Shown piece by piece: positions 41,761 to 55,700 of a stretch of DNA of 64,000 nucleotides. Position 1 is the stretch's first letter, and each line of letters starts with the position of its first letter. Source of the DNA: Chrysomallon squamiferum. Lineage: Eukaryota > Animalia > Mollusca. The DNA is taken from NCBI GenBank assembly GCA_012295275.1, contig CM022665.1, positions 40,548,001 to 40,612,000 of the forward strand. The letters are read 5' to 3'. The notes beneath the pieces were generated by a model. The model was not told the origin of the DNA. It did not search any database and saw only the letters and a list, made by a program, of their open reading frames with translations. The position numbers and the translations under genes are program-made.

Positions 41761-42976
41761 ATTCATTCTTAACTCAGTAATATAATAGGTTTAAAACAAA
41801 AATTTAAATCGAACTTTACCACATTACAAGTATGGATAAAAAATAAACAGTCCTATCCATTTATTTTTAGCCGATATTTTTTATTTTATCATTATTTGTT
41901 TTAACTTTATTTATTTATTTATTTGTACGTTTTTTATTGATTTATTTTTTTGTTGTTGTTGTTGTTTGTTTGTTTGTTGTTAGAAATATTTAATCTAGAA
42001 TCTGATCACGTGTACAGTATTTTTGTGATACAGTTAAATTGACTGGCTCTGTGAGCATATATTGATTTATTTATTTTATTTTATTTTATTTTTATTAATC
42101 TTTTTATTATTATATCTTTTTTTTTTTAATATGCCTTTTGCATACCTTAATTGTGATATTTTAACTTAATAAATAATAAACAAATCAGCATTATGTAATC
42201 TTGTGGTTTACGAATATGAATTGTTTTTTGTTTTTTGTACAAAAATTATTTTACTTTGTTTTAAACTCATTGATAATTTTGATAGTCTTTCATATAACAT
42301 TAACCTAAATTTAAACATTATATGCACAATAGCCAAAAAAAAAATATATATATATATATTTATAAGCAAATTATTTTATTTTTCAGATGTTACAAGTTGA
42401 TAAGCACACAAATAAAACCAATAATGCAGAACATCATTCTTTCTCCAGTCATTTCTTCAGATAATTAAAAAAAGAAAAGAAATAAGGCTTACTATTTCAT
42501 GGATTACAATAAAAGAATTTACATATTACAGCCTTTGTAAATTTACAAACAAATAATTTTATAAAGCATTTAAAATTTTAAAATTAGGCAAACTTTAAAA
42601 AAAAACCCACACTAATATATTCAATAAATATTAACCTACAAAAAAGAGAAGTTTTTTAATTATATATATAAATTTATACAGATTAATGCAAGTGAAGTAT
42701 TTAAATATAATCAGTATATACGTATATTAGAATGTATAGTATCAATAATTTTATATTACTGTTTTATTATATTTATTACTATCTTTTTCAAAAACAGGTC
42801 TTTTGTCAACAATTCACACAATATACTTTTTCCCAATGTAACCAATAATATAATTATATGTTTTTCTTCCCTTTAGAAAGTAATTATAAAAGACTACCTT
42901 CTTCTAATTAGCATGTGTAAAAGCTGGATTTTTGTTCTTTGTTTTGACATTTATTATTACAGTCACGTTACTGACA

Positions 42977-43034
<58 letters not shown>

Positions 43035-43421
43035 AATAATTAATATTGATATAATGTAGTGTTGTAAATACATTCATTCTCACCAAACTACAAAATAATC
43101 TTTAGTTTTAGAATGCTACTCTGACACTTTACAATTTGGAAATTACAGCCTGTAAATATAAAGTCTGTTTTGAGTTTTAACATTTAACTATATTATATGA
43201 AAAGTATTTACAGTGTTTACTTAACCAAGTTGACAAAAAACAGGTTCTCGAAATTTGGCCCCAACAGTCTTTAATTATATTAAAAATATTAATTTATTTA
43301 ATTTCCACCTAAACACTTTAAAAAATAAATGCCTTGTGTCATAAATATTTATTGCTGAAGACGGCAAGATGGAAAAATGTAATATGAAAAAAAAAAATAA
43401 TAATTTTTTAATATTGTATTA

Positions 43422-43479
<58 letters not shown>

Positions 43480-44194
43480 TTATACATATAAGCACTCCAA
43501 AAACAAAATGTATCTAAATAAAGTTATTTTATTTGTAAAATGTACAAAAATGTTGGCAATTGTTTTAAGTTTTACAACACATACAAATAAACTTTTAGTA
43601 TATTCAAAATAATTGACAAACCATGCACACATTTTGTTTTTCTGGTTATTTCATAACATTTATCATGATTACAGGTGAAATCACAGAATTGATCCATACA
43701 TTTTTAGAACAAAATTATAATGGAACAACCATCAAAATGTTCACACATTTTATAATCTTCATAATTTCTTCTTTTCCCCTTTACAATACTTTTTATGTGG
43801 TATACTTTGAATATTTAGACTTGTCACTATCTCTGTGAAAACAAATATTACACAAGGGTGGGCAATTATTTTTTTCAAAATACATTAACAAGCTCACAGA
43901 AATTAATTACCAAAAAAAATAATTAAAGACGAAAGAAAACTCTGCCACACCAAGAATGAAGTGAGAAACTACTTTTCAGTGGGCAGACACAAAATGTTAC
44001 AGGTCAAATATGTGACATACATGACCAATTCACCATATCATGAATAGAAACTGCACCACCCACTCAGGTAATATTTTTATAAACAGTAATAGGGTAGACC
44101 TGAAAAGATTGATTCTCACCCTTTATTCCTCCATCAAATCTCAAGCATACATTATGTTAAAGTTATAAACACATAAATATTATGTAAACCAATA

Positions 44195-44387
44195 TCATTC
44201 GTTAGTACCGAGTCTCTGCTGATCTTGAATGGCTTTTGAGTTTTCCCATGGTCTAGGTCCACGGACATTCTCCCATCTCTCTCCTTCACTCAAGCGCTGC
44301 TGCAATGCCTTATAAAAAAAAAAAAAAAATAATTTAATAATGTTATCTTTTTAAATATGTAAAAGTCAGAGAAAGAAAGAATGGTAA

Positions 44388-44454
<67 letters not shown>

Positions 44455-46259
44455 TATTTTATTATTATTATTTTAACAGATTAACAAACATGTATTACTA
44501 AAGTGTTTTTTAAAAGTGTGTGTGTGTGTGATACGTGTATTTATTTAGATTGTGGTCCAGGTTTAAGCTTTTATCATCTACTTGTGCACAGTCTAAAATC
44601 ATAATATTTTAAATAAATAATTTCATGTATATAAAAACAGGTCAATTACATATTTTTAATATCTCGTACAGATTTATTTCATATTTCACTGGAACAGATT
44701 AGCCTGTTCAGTAAGAAAGGGATATTTCATAGATATTAATGTAGTCTTATAATAAAAAGTAAAAGTTTTGTTAGGAAACATATTAACATAATTCATTAAA
44801 AGTTTCAAAGTATAATACTGTTTTGAAAGATGAGGCTTAATTTTCTGAATAACCAATATTTATTAACATTTAAATTTCTTTTTAAAGGGCCCTTCTTGTT
44901 TAAAATTACATCTATTACCCATACACCAGATGAAAATGAGAAAAAAAGAGAAAACAGTACTTAATAAATAAATGGTTTTGTCTTGAAAATAAACTGCCTT
45001 AACAAAGGAATTACGTAATGTTATCTGAGTATTTGTGTTGACAATTAGCAAAGTGTGGTATATATTTAAACAAGCCTATAGTACATCTATTAAATATAAA
45101 TGATCATCTTTCAGTTAGAATTAGATGATTAAAATAAAGTTATTTATACATTAAGATCATATGGAAAAATAAAAAAGATGTTTATAAAAGTTAATTTTAC
45201 TAACCTCATATTCTGATTCTAATGAAGGCTTCTCCTCTTTCCTTTTAAGTTTGATACCAAATTTCTCACCTTCCTCATATGTTAACTGAAATATTTCATA
45301 TTAAGTAATTTCAATGTTAGGAAATGCCTTTATAAATTCCTTATATAATCATTCCAAAAGTTATGTATATATTTATAATGTTAAAGATGCTTTTGAACAA
45401 CTTCAGTCTGTTAAGAACTGACCATGGTTCAGCTGGGTATATCCATGCAAGCTGAAGTGGCATCAAAATAAAGTTTATTGCATAATGAATTAAAACTCGG
45501 TAAACAAAAAGTTCTAATTAATCATTGATATGATGTGCAGAATCACATATTTTAAACTGTTTATTATTTTTATTTTAAAATTATATTTAATCATAATTAA
45601 CAAAGAAATGGTACTGAATTAAGTCAAAACAAATTGTTTATCTCATAATTCATTTATAATATAGTCATATAACAAACATTATTTATTTTGATAGTAAAGG
45701 ATTAAATTTGTGCATGTACACTGTATACACAATGCACTGAAACAAAGTTCAGCTGTTATAAATTACCATTTTTCCCGTTCGAAACTCGTATCGAACTGAA
45801 GCAAAATACTCGAGTCCTTTGGAACCTCCAATAATGACAATCTGAAAAACGAATGAACATGCAAGTTTCTTATTCACACACTAACCAAAATAAGACCGGG
45901 TTTAACTAAACATAGAAACAATACTAGTAATTGGATAAATCTTGTCAAACTTTTAATGATAATTTCACATTTGCATGCATTGATTTAAAAGTAATAAATA
46001 TTTGTATTAGGAGAAGATTAAACTAATTTTTGTATTTAATAGATATATTTATTTTCGAAGTCGCATCCGAAGATTTCCGAAATAATCACGTTCTCAAACG
46101 AGTCAGTTTGTGAAGGACGTCGCACTTTTTACACCAAACATGTTTATGAATGAAGATCTTATTTTAAATGACAGTAATAAAACATACCATAAATGGGATT
46201 CCGTAACGAACAAATCGTCGTTTCTGAACTCTTTTCCACCATAATGCTAAATTATCCAT
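44195..46259 (-). CDS. COX16: Cytochrome c oxidase assembly protein COX16, 4 exons, ~113 aa
   Basis: Exons 46259-46188, 45841-45767, 45285-45205 and 44308-44195. Motifs: FVRYGIPFM.VIIGGS.GL..FA.VRYE, SLESEYE, WENVRGPRPWE. The exact C-terminus is slightly uncertain. Confidence 0.93.
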
Positions 46260-48325
46260 TACGTTAATTTGCTTTAAAATATATATAACTCTTCGCAGCC
46301 GCTAGTCCGTCATTGCTAAAGGTCTCACACACCAGTTCGTTTACTACGTAGATTCTACAATAATATATTAACAACTGATGCAATATCATTCTATTTCGTC
46401 ATATTGTGAAAAAAAGTCTGAATGATAAATTAAAATGTTTAAATATTATAAATATAATGTATATACGTTTTAAATTATTACACTTTTAATATATGGATAA
46501 GCATTTAATTATTTAAAATTAGTATTTTTATATTAATAAAATTTGGACGTATTATTATTATTATTTTAACAGACTAATAAATATGTTCTACTAAAATGAA
46601 AGATACATTTATAAGGAATTTTTATCATACGTTTTCAAAAATGTATGAATTCTTTACGTATATTTTTGCTATACATGATTCGTTAATATTAGACTGAAGC
46701 ACAGATTATCAAGACATAAATGTTATATATTTACCTATATTCTTGTAAAAAGTTAAAGAAGCCTTTTAATATTTCATTTCAAAGGAAATGTGTTTCTAAT
46801 ATATATAAACACCCCAAAACACAAACAACTGTGTCGTGTAGTTATTATTTGTTAATTTCAGAAATCATTTCCAACCCTGTGCTTTGACAATTGTTTAATG
46901 GGCAATATTTAAAAAATAATAATACTAATAATTTTATTTTATTTTATTTATTTTTTTTATTTATTTATTTATTTACCAATTTATATGCTAATGTGTGAAT
47001 GAATATCAGCATATGAAGTACTGTTGTATTTTTTACTTCGTTTATTACAAAAGCATCGGTTAACTCCACCTTGACCTGTTTGTTTATATGTGTTCAGCCT
47101 CGTTTTCATAAAGTTTAATCGTTGCATGTTATTTTTGTGGTCACTTTAGATTAGGGACTAAGTCGTCGTAAAATTTGAACGTATCGATTGAAATTTTATA
47201 TATTATTTCACCACAGTGTTACTCTATAAACACAATACAAATGACCTCACATTAGCAATAAGGTTTATTACGTAGAATTAACGAATGTTAGCAACTAACA
47301 AATTCTCCCTCTCCGAAACATTTAAATATCGATGATGCAGACGACTTATTGTTTGTTTGTTGGTACAGTTACAAGAACGGTTGCCTGCAGCTGTCATTTG
47401 AAGTGCTGCTCTTACCAGTTAGCAATAAGATGTATACGCACGTATAAATTTGTTAAAACCAGTAACAAAGCACTGGTTTTGAGATTGGGTCTAAAAGCCC
47501 ATAACGTACTTAGAGCAAACGAAGTAAAACATCTTAAGTCATCTCCGTATCCACAATTCCATCATTTGAACTACAGAAAAAGAAGTCAGATTATATTGTT
47601 TTCAGAACCATATAAATGTGATTTAATCAAATGTAACCCTCTGAACAAAAACCCCAAACATATAAAGTGAATTTATAACTGTATTTGGTCATTTTAAAAA
47701 ATACAAAATTACAAGAATAAATAATAAAAAGTTTGATATATTTAATATTTGTACTCTTCTGTTTAACAAAAGTGATCTAATTGATTCTACAAATATTTAT
47801 TAGTTGTTAATATAGAAATGGAATACAATTAATGTAATTGTTATTATTTAAGAAACAAATAAAACGCTAGTTAAAAAAAAAAATATATATATCAGAAAAA
47901 TGCATGAAAATGGAAAAAGTGAGGTAACAGGATAAAGAAAAAAATAATTTTAAATTTTATTTTTATTATTTTAAAATCAAACACAAACAAACAAATCTGC
48001 TGGACATACTTTCAATTCCCAATTGAAGTTCCACAAATCAAATTATTTGATTTTTATTATGACAGTTGGTAAATGGAACTTGTAATACATTTAAACAATA
48101 ATAGTTTAGTTTGTACACTAAAACGTGTGATAATAATACAATTAACATAATATGAACACTGTACCTGAGCCATTTCTAAACAATTATTAAGTTATTTTAT
48201 ACACTGACTCTCTGAGACTGTAACACAAGTAAGGAACTTTCAACATTTAATATCATATTTTCAAATGGTTATTAATAAAGTTTCTGTTAGATTATTTTTA
48301 ACTACCACACACTGAGTTCTCTGTC

Positions 48326-49351
48326 TCATTTTCTCTTTACCATTTTCTTCAGTTTTGCAGCACTGTACTTGACAGACTTTGCAACCCCAGCAGTAAAAAT
48401 GCTCTTAGCGCTCTGATTTAGACTGGAGTTCCACACTATCTGTGAAATGCATCGTGAAACATATTCTCCACAGAGACTGTCATTTGCAAAGTGCCTTAGG
48501 ATTTCCTCCAAATCTGGATATGTTCCATCTGTGTATTTTAAATTCAATAGATTCATTTGGACAGTTTTGGGTAGCAAATTCAAATGATGGAATTGTGTGA
48601 CAAAGCTGGGATATTGTTCAAATATTCCCTTTTCTTTGTCCCAGAAGAGATGATTTTCATGATCAAGGAAAGAACCATAGAGCTTACGAAAGAATGAAAT
48701 ATTTGGCTTGACGATGTTAGACACCTTATTCTTGTCTTCTCCAACAGTCATCCTGAAATCACCATTGTAAGACAAACTTGTTATTTTTTGAAAGAGTTCT
48801 TCTTCTGTGAAAACTTCTGGAAGCATCAATAATGCTGCATGTACTGCACTTCTAAGATTCACTTGCATGCCACCCAAGATATCAGGATCATTAGGCAGGA
48901 CCACAAATTTTACAGGTTTGTGAAGGCGTCCACTGACGTACAGACTATCCCAATCTAACAGATCACTTATTAGTCGTTTAGTGCTGATCACACCATATTT
49001 GATCAGTCTGTCTTCAAAAGGAACTAAAGTGTTGAAGTATGTTCCAGCAGCAAATTGTTCCTGTATTTTCGTAATGTTCTTGGGTCCAAAGTATTTCAAG
49101 AACGAATAATGTTTGCTGTTCATATTTAAATTTTCCTTATGCCAAGCAAGTGGATCATCAACAACAAAAATAAAATCTAGCATATTTTTGGACTTGTCAC
49201 TCTGACCCTGTTGTTGAAATACACCTGAACCATAAGCTAAAGCCATTTCTATTCCCTCAGGAAACAATGATAAAACTCTGTGATAAATGCATGAAATGAT
49301 ACCACTTTCTGCATGACTTGTACAAAAGCGTTTCATTACTCCAGCCATCAT
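48326..49351 (-). CDS. TAMM41: Mitochondrial phosphatidate cytidylyltransferase TAM41, intronless CDS, 341 aa from the first ATG
   Basis: AYGSGVFQQ, MLDFIF.VDD, WH.ENL..N..HYS, YFNTLV, IKYGVI, DLLDW..LYVSGRLHKPV, NLRSAVHAALL, LSY.GDFRM.VGEDKNKV.NIV, YS..KL.KM. Confidence 0.97.
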   Translation of the reverse strand: MMAGVMKRFCTSHAESGIISCIYHRVLSLFPEGIEMALAYGSGVFQQQGQSDKSKNMLDFIFVVDDPLAWHKENLNMNSKHYSFLKYFGPKNITKIQEQFAAGTYFNTLVPFEDRLIKYGVISTKRLISDLLDWDSLYVSGRLHKPVKFVVLPNDPDILGGMQVNLRSAVHAALLMLPEVFTEEELFQKITSLSYNGDFRMTVGEDKNKVSNIVKPNISFFRKLYGSFLDHENHLFWDKEKGIFEQYPSFVTQFHHLNLLPKTVQMNLLNLKYTDGTYPDLEEILRHFANDSLCGEYVSRCISQIVWNSSLNQSAKSIFTAGVAKSVKYSAAKLKKMVKRK

Positions 49352-49525
49352 TTTGATCAGTTTACAAGTCTTCTTTAAAAAAGCATTCACAATATAGCAA
49401 AGAAAAGGCTATATCAGTTCTAATAAATCAGTTTACCTAAATATTAAGTCAGCTACAATTTTGAACTATAAATATGTCAGATTAAAAATCTATCTGTTAC
49501 ATTTTCTAAAAAAATGAAAAAATCA

Positions 49526-49780
49526 TCATGTTACTTTATCTTTTCTCTCTGGATAAAAATGTCCCATATTAGTAACAGATGAACTTTTTATAACTTCTAG
49601 CTGTCGTTTTGCTCTTCTTAATATATATTCAATCTTCATTATTTCGGTCTTTGGGATGTCTGCATTTTGTCTAAACTGAGACTTAACATGATCGAGTATC
49701 CCTGGCTTCTCTTTAGCAACTCTCAGGAACTGCCTGTATAAACTCAACACTTGTAACTGCAGCTTGCTGTGACGTGGCAT
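49526..49780 (-). CDS. SDHAF1: Succinate dehydrogenase assembly factor 1 (LYR-motif protein), 84 aa
   Basis: MPRHSKLQLQVLSLYRQFLR...V..QFRQNA.IP.T....IEYILRRA.RQLE matches the SDHAF1/LYRM8 pattern. Confidence 0.92.
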   Translation of the reverse strand: MPRHSKLQLQVLSLYRQFLRVAKEKPGILDHVKSQFRQNADIPKTEIMKIEYILRRAKRQLEVIKSSSVTNMGHFYPERKDKVT

Positions 49781-50767
49781 TGAATATTTTATTTTGTATT
49801 TTTCTGGTAAGTACCTCTGTCAAACCATTATTTCAGACAAAAATATTTATTTCAGTGCAGTTCCACTCACTGGTTGATGACACTATTAAAAAAAGAAAGA
49901 TAAAGAAATATATTTATATGTAAAGAAGTAATAACATTACTGTTCAAAAATAATTATTATTTTGCTTCAAGAAGGTCTTGTCAGTATTAGTTTAAAAATT
50001 TCACATTTTTGTCTTTAGTAAATATAATTTTCTTACTGTAAAATTGTTATCAAGAAAAAAGTCAATACATTAAATGGTATGAAAACACACAGAAGATTTC
50101 CTAATTTTAAATAGTTTGAATTTCAAAAACTAAAATGTTTTCAAATCTTTCAAATCAAAAATGCCTATTGACATTTCTAATGTTATTTGTTATTAAATTA
50201 TTTTGATTTCTGCTTATCAAGGTACTCTTTACATAGCAGTCAGTTCTCAACATCTATTTTATTTATTTTTTTTTTTTTTTTTTTTTTTAATTTAAATTAT
50301 TTGATCATTATTATTATTTGTTGTTTTTTATTTTTTTTTTTTTTTTTTTATTTTTTTTTTTTTTTTTTTTTGTTGCAATGTCAACAATATTTAAATCTAG
50401 AATTAAATATCGTGTAAAATGACTATCATATCAACTCAACATCTTTAGTTTCTTCAATGTAATTTAAATTAATAAAAGAAGTATTTATAAATAATTAGTC
50501 TTATTTTGAAGTTAAAGAAACTGATTGGCAATTTGCTTTCTACTAGTATTTACTGAGGTATTCAAAAAAAAAAAAAAAAAAAAAACAAACAAAAAAAAAA
50601 ACAAAAAGGAACGAATATCAGTTCTATACGAAAACAGGAAATACACAGGTAAGATCAATCATGATCGGTTACAAAATGCATAACGTGGCCCTGAAAATAA
50701 TACTTTTTAAAATACATATTTTTTTCATCCGCTTCTGCTTCATTTAGTAGAGCATCAAAATAATTAC

Positions 50768-50935
50768 CTTTTAGAATTTCAATATGTCTTCAATTTTAGC
50801 ACATCACGTTCGCATATGCACATGTCTAACTATTACAGCAACAAAGTTCTTACTAGTTACGCGAAATGTCATGTAATCGTAATAGAGTTATTTCCCTTCT
50901 CCCAGCGGAAATCGGTGACACGAACCGCTGAAACA
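50768..50935 (-). promoter_or_regulatory. Probable promoter and non-coding first exon of SDHAF1/TAMM41
   Basis: Minus-strand donor aag|gtaatt at 50768/50767 pairs with a polypyrimidine-AG acceptor at 49883; local CpG enrichment at 50806-50930. Confidence 0.5.
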
Positions 50936-52149
50936 AAATAAAGAATTAATAGTGATTTACTTTGTCAATACAATAAACGAATTTTCGTTTTCAAGGTTAT
51001 AACTGAAAAGTTTATAATAAATATTTTTTCATCTTTTCTTCTTGTTTATGTTTCAAAGTACCTGTTTGTGAAATATTTTTCCACAACTACATAATATTTG
51101 AGATATTTATAATGTAACATTTCTATATTTTTTAAATTATTTGTTCATTATTATTATTGTTTTTCCCCCATTTTCAATTTTATTTATTTATTTACTTTTG
51201 CACTGGCATAATGCTATACTATTCAAGTTGTCTAGATGCGTCTGATTACATCCATCACAATGGTATATCCCATTTTGTCGTTTTCTGTATTCGCCCCTGC
51301 ATGGTTTAAAATTTAGGGAAAATACTGGCGATCATATAAACAGAAAACTGGCTATGCAATGGCCGCAAGTAGATATCCTCTGATTGCAACCGATCGAGAA
51401 TTTCAGGAGGGAGGCTAGACGATGAAAGGCCAGTGTGAGCACCAAATCCCAACAAGGCTAGAAATGAGTAACACTTAATTCCACAATAATGACTAGAGTT
51501 CTTCTGACACTGAGCAAATCTGAGTCCAGCAATCTATTCAGATGTATTGTTATATGTTTGTTTTAAAATATATAAAATATATTAATCTCTATTCCAATAG
51601 TAACGATATCCACTGAATGAATTCGTTTATGTCTAATACGCTTACCGTTTGAAGTCAACCGACATCGTTGCGATGAAAGACATAAATGACTTTAAAGACA
51701 TCCGACATCAAACCGTTTAAATTTTCTTGCATTAAGTTTTCTTGCATCATTTCAAAAAGAGCCATGGCTGTTATATTTAAATGACTTTTTCTGCTAAACA
51801 ATACTCAAAATATTTAATATAACTATGAATTTTCTAAACAGTAATTTTAAACATCTTTTATATTTCGCCATAATTTACTGCAGATGATACAATTTACAAC
51901 CTGTGCTTTAATCTATAAATTCCGAATACAATTAATAAAGTATTCTGAAATTAAATGAAGGAAAAAAATTTGTATTTTTCTTTTCAGCATCTTAATATAT
52001 TAACTACTGCTATTGATATACGAAAGAAACTGTTACTGGTATTAATATACTGGACTAAAAAGGGATAAAATAATTTCAAAAATTAAAAGAATAAAACACG
52101 ACTGAATAGACCTTGACGAACACTTTTCTTCGGTTATTTCCGACATCCA

Positions 52150-52340
52150 ACTGACGCTATATATATGACGTCAACAATTCAATTCCTTAGTGACTCCGCA
52201 TCAAACTTTGTAAGTGGTATGAATTTCGCTGCACAAAAAATCAACATGAAATATTAATTAGCCGCGTTAAAATTCCTTGATATTCAGTAAGTACAGTAAA
52301 CATTAAAGCTAATTTTATCTTATTTTATTTTTCAGATGCG
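52150..52340 (+). promoter_or_regulatory. TATA-like box plus perfect CRE, followed by + strand splice signals
   Basis: tatatata at 52158-52165 abuts TGACGTCA at 52166-52173, with a tgacg half-site at 52152. Donor gtaagt at ~52286 and acceptor tttcag at ~52336. Confidence 0.3.
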
Positions 52341-52692
52341 CAGACAAGTAGATCTTTCATACCTAAATAATGTAAACAAAATAGGGTTCAACTTCCTGAT
52401 CGGATTATAATCGTTATTAATTTTCAAACTTGGCATTTAGGTTATTTCGTAAAACATGGCACTGTCATTCTCCATAGTATATTCCGATCTTATTTATTTT
52501 GGTAAACCGTAAAATGTGCGTCCAAATTACTTTCTATAGTTTTGTAATTTATAATCTTTCTAAAACAATATTTTATGTTTCGGTCGACGCTTCCAACTTT
52601 AGAAAAAAGTATACAACACATAATAATGCCAGTATTTAGTCTAGTATCTAACTTAGAATAATACAAATGTAATAATTTATTTGATATGATTT

Positions 52693-52723
<31 letters not shown>

Positions 52724-52789
52724 TTTTTTTTGTTTGTTTCATTTTTTATTTCAGATTGTTTTTGTTTTTTCATTCTTCCCTTCTTCTAT

Positions 52790-55700
52790 ATTCTCTTCAT
52801 CGGTCTATCTGTCCAACAGTCCATCCATCCGTCAGTCTATCAATCAATCTATCTATCTGTCTCTATATCTATCTGTATCTAATTATTAATCTATGTTTCT
52901 CAAAATATCTATCTATATACCCTCTGTTTATCTATCTATCTGCCTGTCTACTTATTCACCCACCCATCCGTTCATTCATCCATCCATCCATCCATTCATC
53001 TATCCATCCATCCATCCATCGAACTAGCTCCCTATTTTTACAAGTTTCCATTTATGCATGTTTTCTTCTATCTACCTATCTATATATGTATCCATCAAAC
53101 AATCCATCTATCCATCCATCCATCCATCCATCCATCCATCCATCCATGTTTCCATCCTTTATTCTGTCTATCTCTCCATTCATACATCTATCTATAAACC
53201 TATCACTTTTATCTATCTATATCTATCTATCCATCTTTCTGTCTATCTCTGCATTAGTCCTTCAATATAATCAACTATTTCTTTTATCTATCTACATTTT
53301 TCTACCCGTCTTTCTACCTATCTGTCCATTCATCCATCCATCTATCGATCAACCTACTTCTTTCATCTATCTATATTTTTCTATCCATCTTTCTGTCTAT
53401 CTCTCCATTCATCCATCTATCGATCAACCTACTTCTTTCATCTATCTATATTTTTCTATCCATCTTTCTATCTCTCCATTCATCCATCTATCTGTCAATC
53501 TGTATCTTTCATCTATCTGTATCTTTCAATCCATCATTCAGTCTATCTCTCCATTCATCCATCCAAATATCTTTCCATCTCTTTCATCTATAGATAGCTC
53601 TCTATCCATCTTTCTGTCTATCTCTGCATTGATCCATCTATATATCAACTATCTCTTTCATCTATGAATCTCTTTCTATTCATCTTTCTGTCCATCTTTT
53701 CATTCACCCTTCTATCTATCAATCTATCTTTTCTTCTATCTATATCGTTCTATCCATCCTTCTGTCTAACTCACTAATCATCCATCTATCCATCTGTCTC
53801 TCTATCTGCCTGTATATCCATGTTTCCTTCATTTCATCCATACATCCATCCATCTATCAACCTATCTCTTTCTTCTATCTATATCTTTCTATCCATATTT
53901 CTCTCTATCTCTCCATTCATCCCTCTATTTATCAACTCTCTTTCATCTATCAAATATTTCTATCCATCTTTCTGTCTACCTCTCCATTCATCCATCCATC
54001 CATCTCTCTCTGTATCTACCTACCTGTGTATCCGTATTTCGTTCATTTCATCTATACATCCATCCATCTATCTATCAACCTACTTCTTTCATCTATCTAT
54101 ATCTTTCTTTACATCTTTCTGTCTATCTCTCCACTCATCCATCTATCAGTCTATCTCAGACATCTATCTATATCATTCTACCCATCTTCCTGTCTTTCTC
54201 TCCATTCATACATCTATCTATCAACCTATTTCATCTATCTATTTATTTCTAACCTTGTTTCTGTTTCTCCCTCCATTCATCCGTCTATATATCAACCTAT
54301 CTCTTTCATCTATCTCAATCATTTTATTTATCTTTCTGTCTCTCTTATTCATCCATCTGTATCTCAGCCTTCCTCGTTAGTCTACCTATTTCTATCTTTC
54401 CATCATTCTATCTCTCCATTCATCCATCTATCAACCGATCTCTTTCATCTCTCTATATCTTTCTCTCCATCGTTCTGTCTACCTATCCATTCATTCATCT
54501 ATCTATCAGTTTACCCTTTCATCTATCTATATCTTTCTATCCATCTTTCTGTCTATCTCTCCATTCATCCCTCAATCTATCAACTATCTCTTTCATCTAA
54601 CTATACCTTTCTATCCATCTTTCTCTCTCCATTCATCCTTCTACCTCTCAAGCTCTCTCTTTCATATATCTATGTCGTTCTATCCATCTTTCTCTCTGTC
54701 TCTCCATTCTTCCATCTATCAAGCTCTCTCTTTCATCTAACTGTATCTTTCTATCCATTCTTCTTTCTGTCTCTCCATTCATCCATCTATCTGTCAGCTA
54801 TCTCTTTCATCTATCTATGTCATTCTATCCATCTTTCTCTCTATCACTCCATTTATCCATCTATCTATCAACCAATCTCTTTCTTCTACATATATTTCTA
54901 TCATTCTTTTTGTCTCTCCCTCCATTCATCCGTCTATCTATCAACCTATCTCTTTCATCTATCTCTTTTTATTTATCTTTCTATCTCTCTCCCATTATTC
55001 CATCTATATATCAACCTTTCTCTTTCATCTATCTATATCTTTCTATCCATATTTCTCTCTCCATTCATCCATCTATCAAGCTCTGTCTTTCATCTAGCTA
55101 TATCTTTCTGTCCATCTTTCTGTCCATTTTTCTCTCTATCTCTCCAATCATCCATCTCTCTATCAACCAATCTCGTTCATCTATCTCTCTCTTTCTGTAT
55201 ATCTTTCTGTCTATCTCTCCATTCATCCCTCTATCAACCATCTCTTACATCTATCTATATATTTCTATCCTTCTGTCTATTTGTCCATAAATCCATATGT
55301 CAATCTATCTCTTTCAACAATCTATATCTTTCTATCCATCTCTCTGTCTATCTCTCCATTAATCCATCTACCTACCAACCTATCTCTGTCATTTATCTGC
55401 ATCTATATATCCATCTTTCTGTCTATCTTTCCATTAATCCATCTATCTATATTTTTCTATCCATCTTTCTCTCCATCTCTCCGTTCATTCATCTATATAT
55501 CAACTACCTCATTCATCTATCTACATCTTTCCATTCATCCATCTATCAATCAATTTATCTCTTTCATCTGTCTATACTTTTCTATCCATCTTTCTGTCTC
55601 TCTACATTCATCAATCTATCTATCAACGTATCTTTCACCTATCTACATCTTTCTGTCCATCTTTGTCTAGCTCTCCATTCATCCATCCACCCATTTCTCT

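Noticed and set aside
49352-49390. 13-codon N-terminal extension of TAMM41 in the ORF track
   Set aside because: It starts at a non-ATG codon (bacterial-style calling); the first ATG is at 49351.
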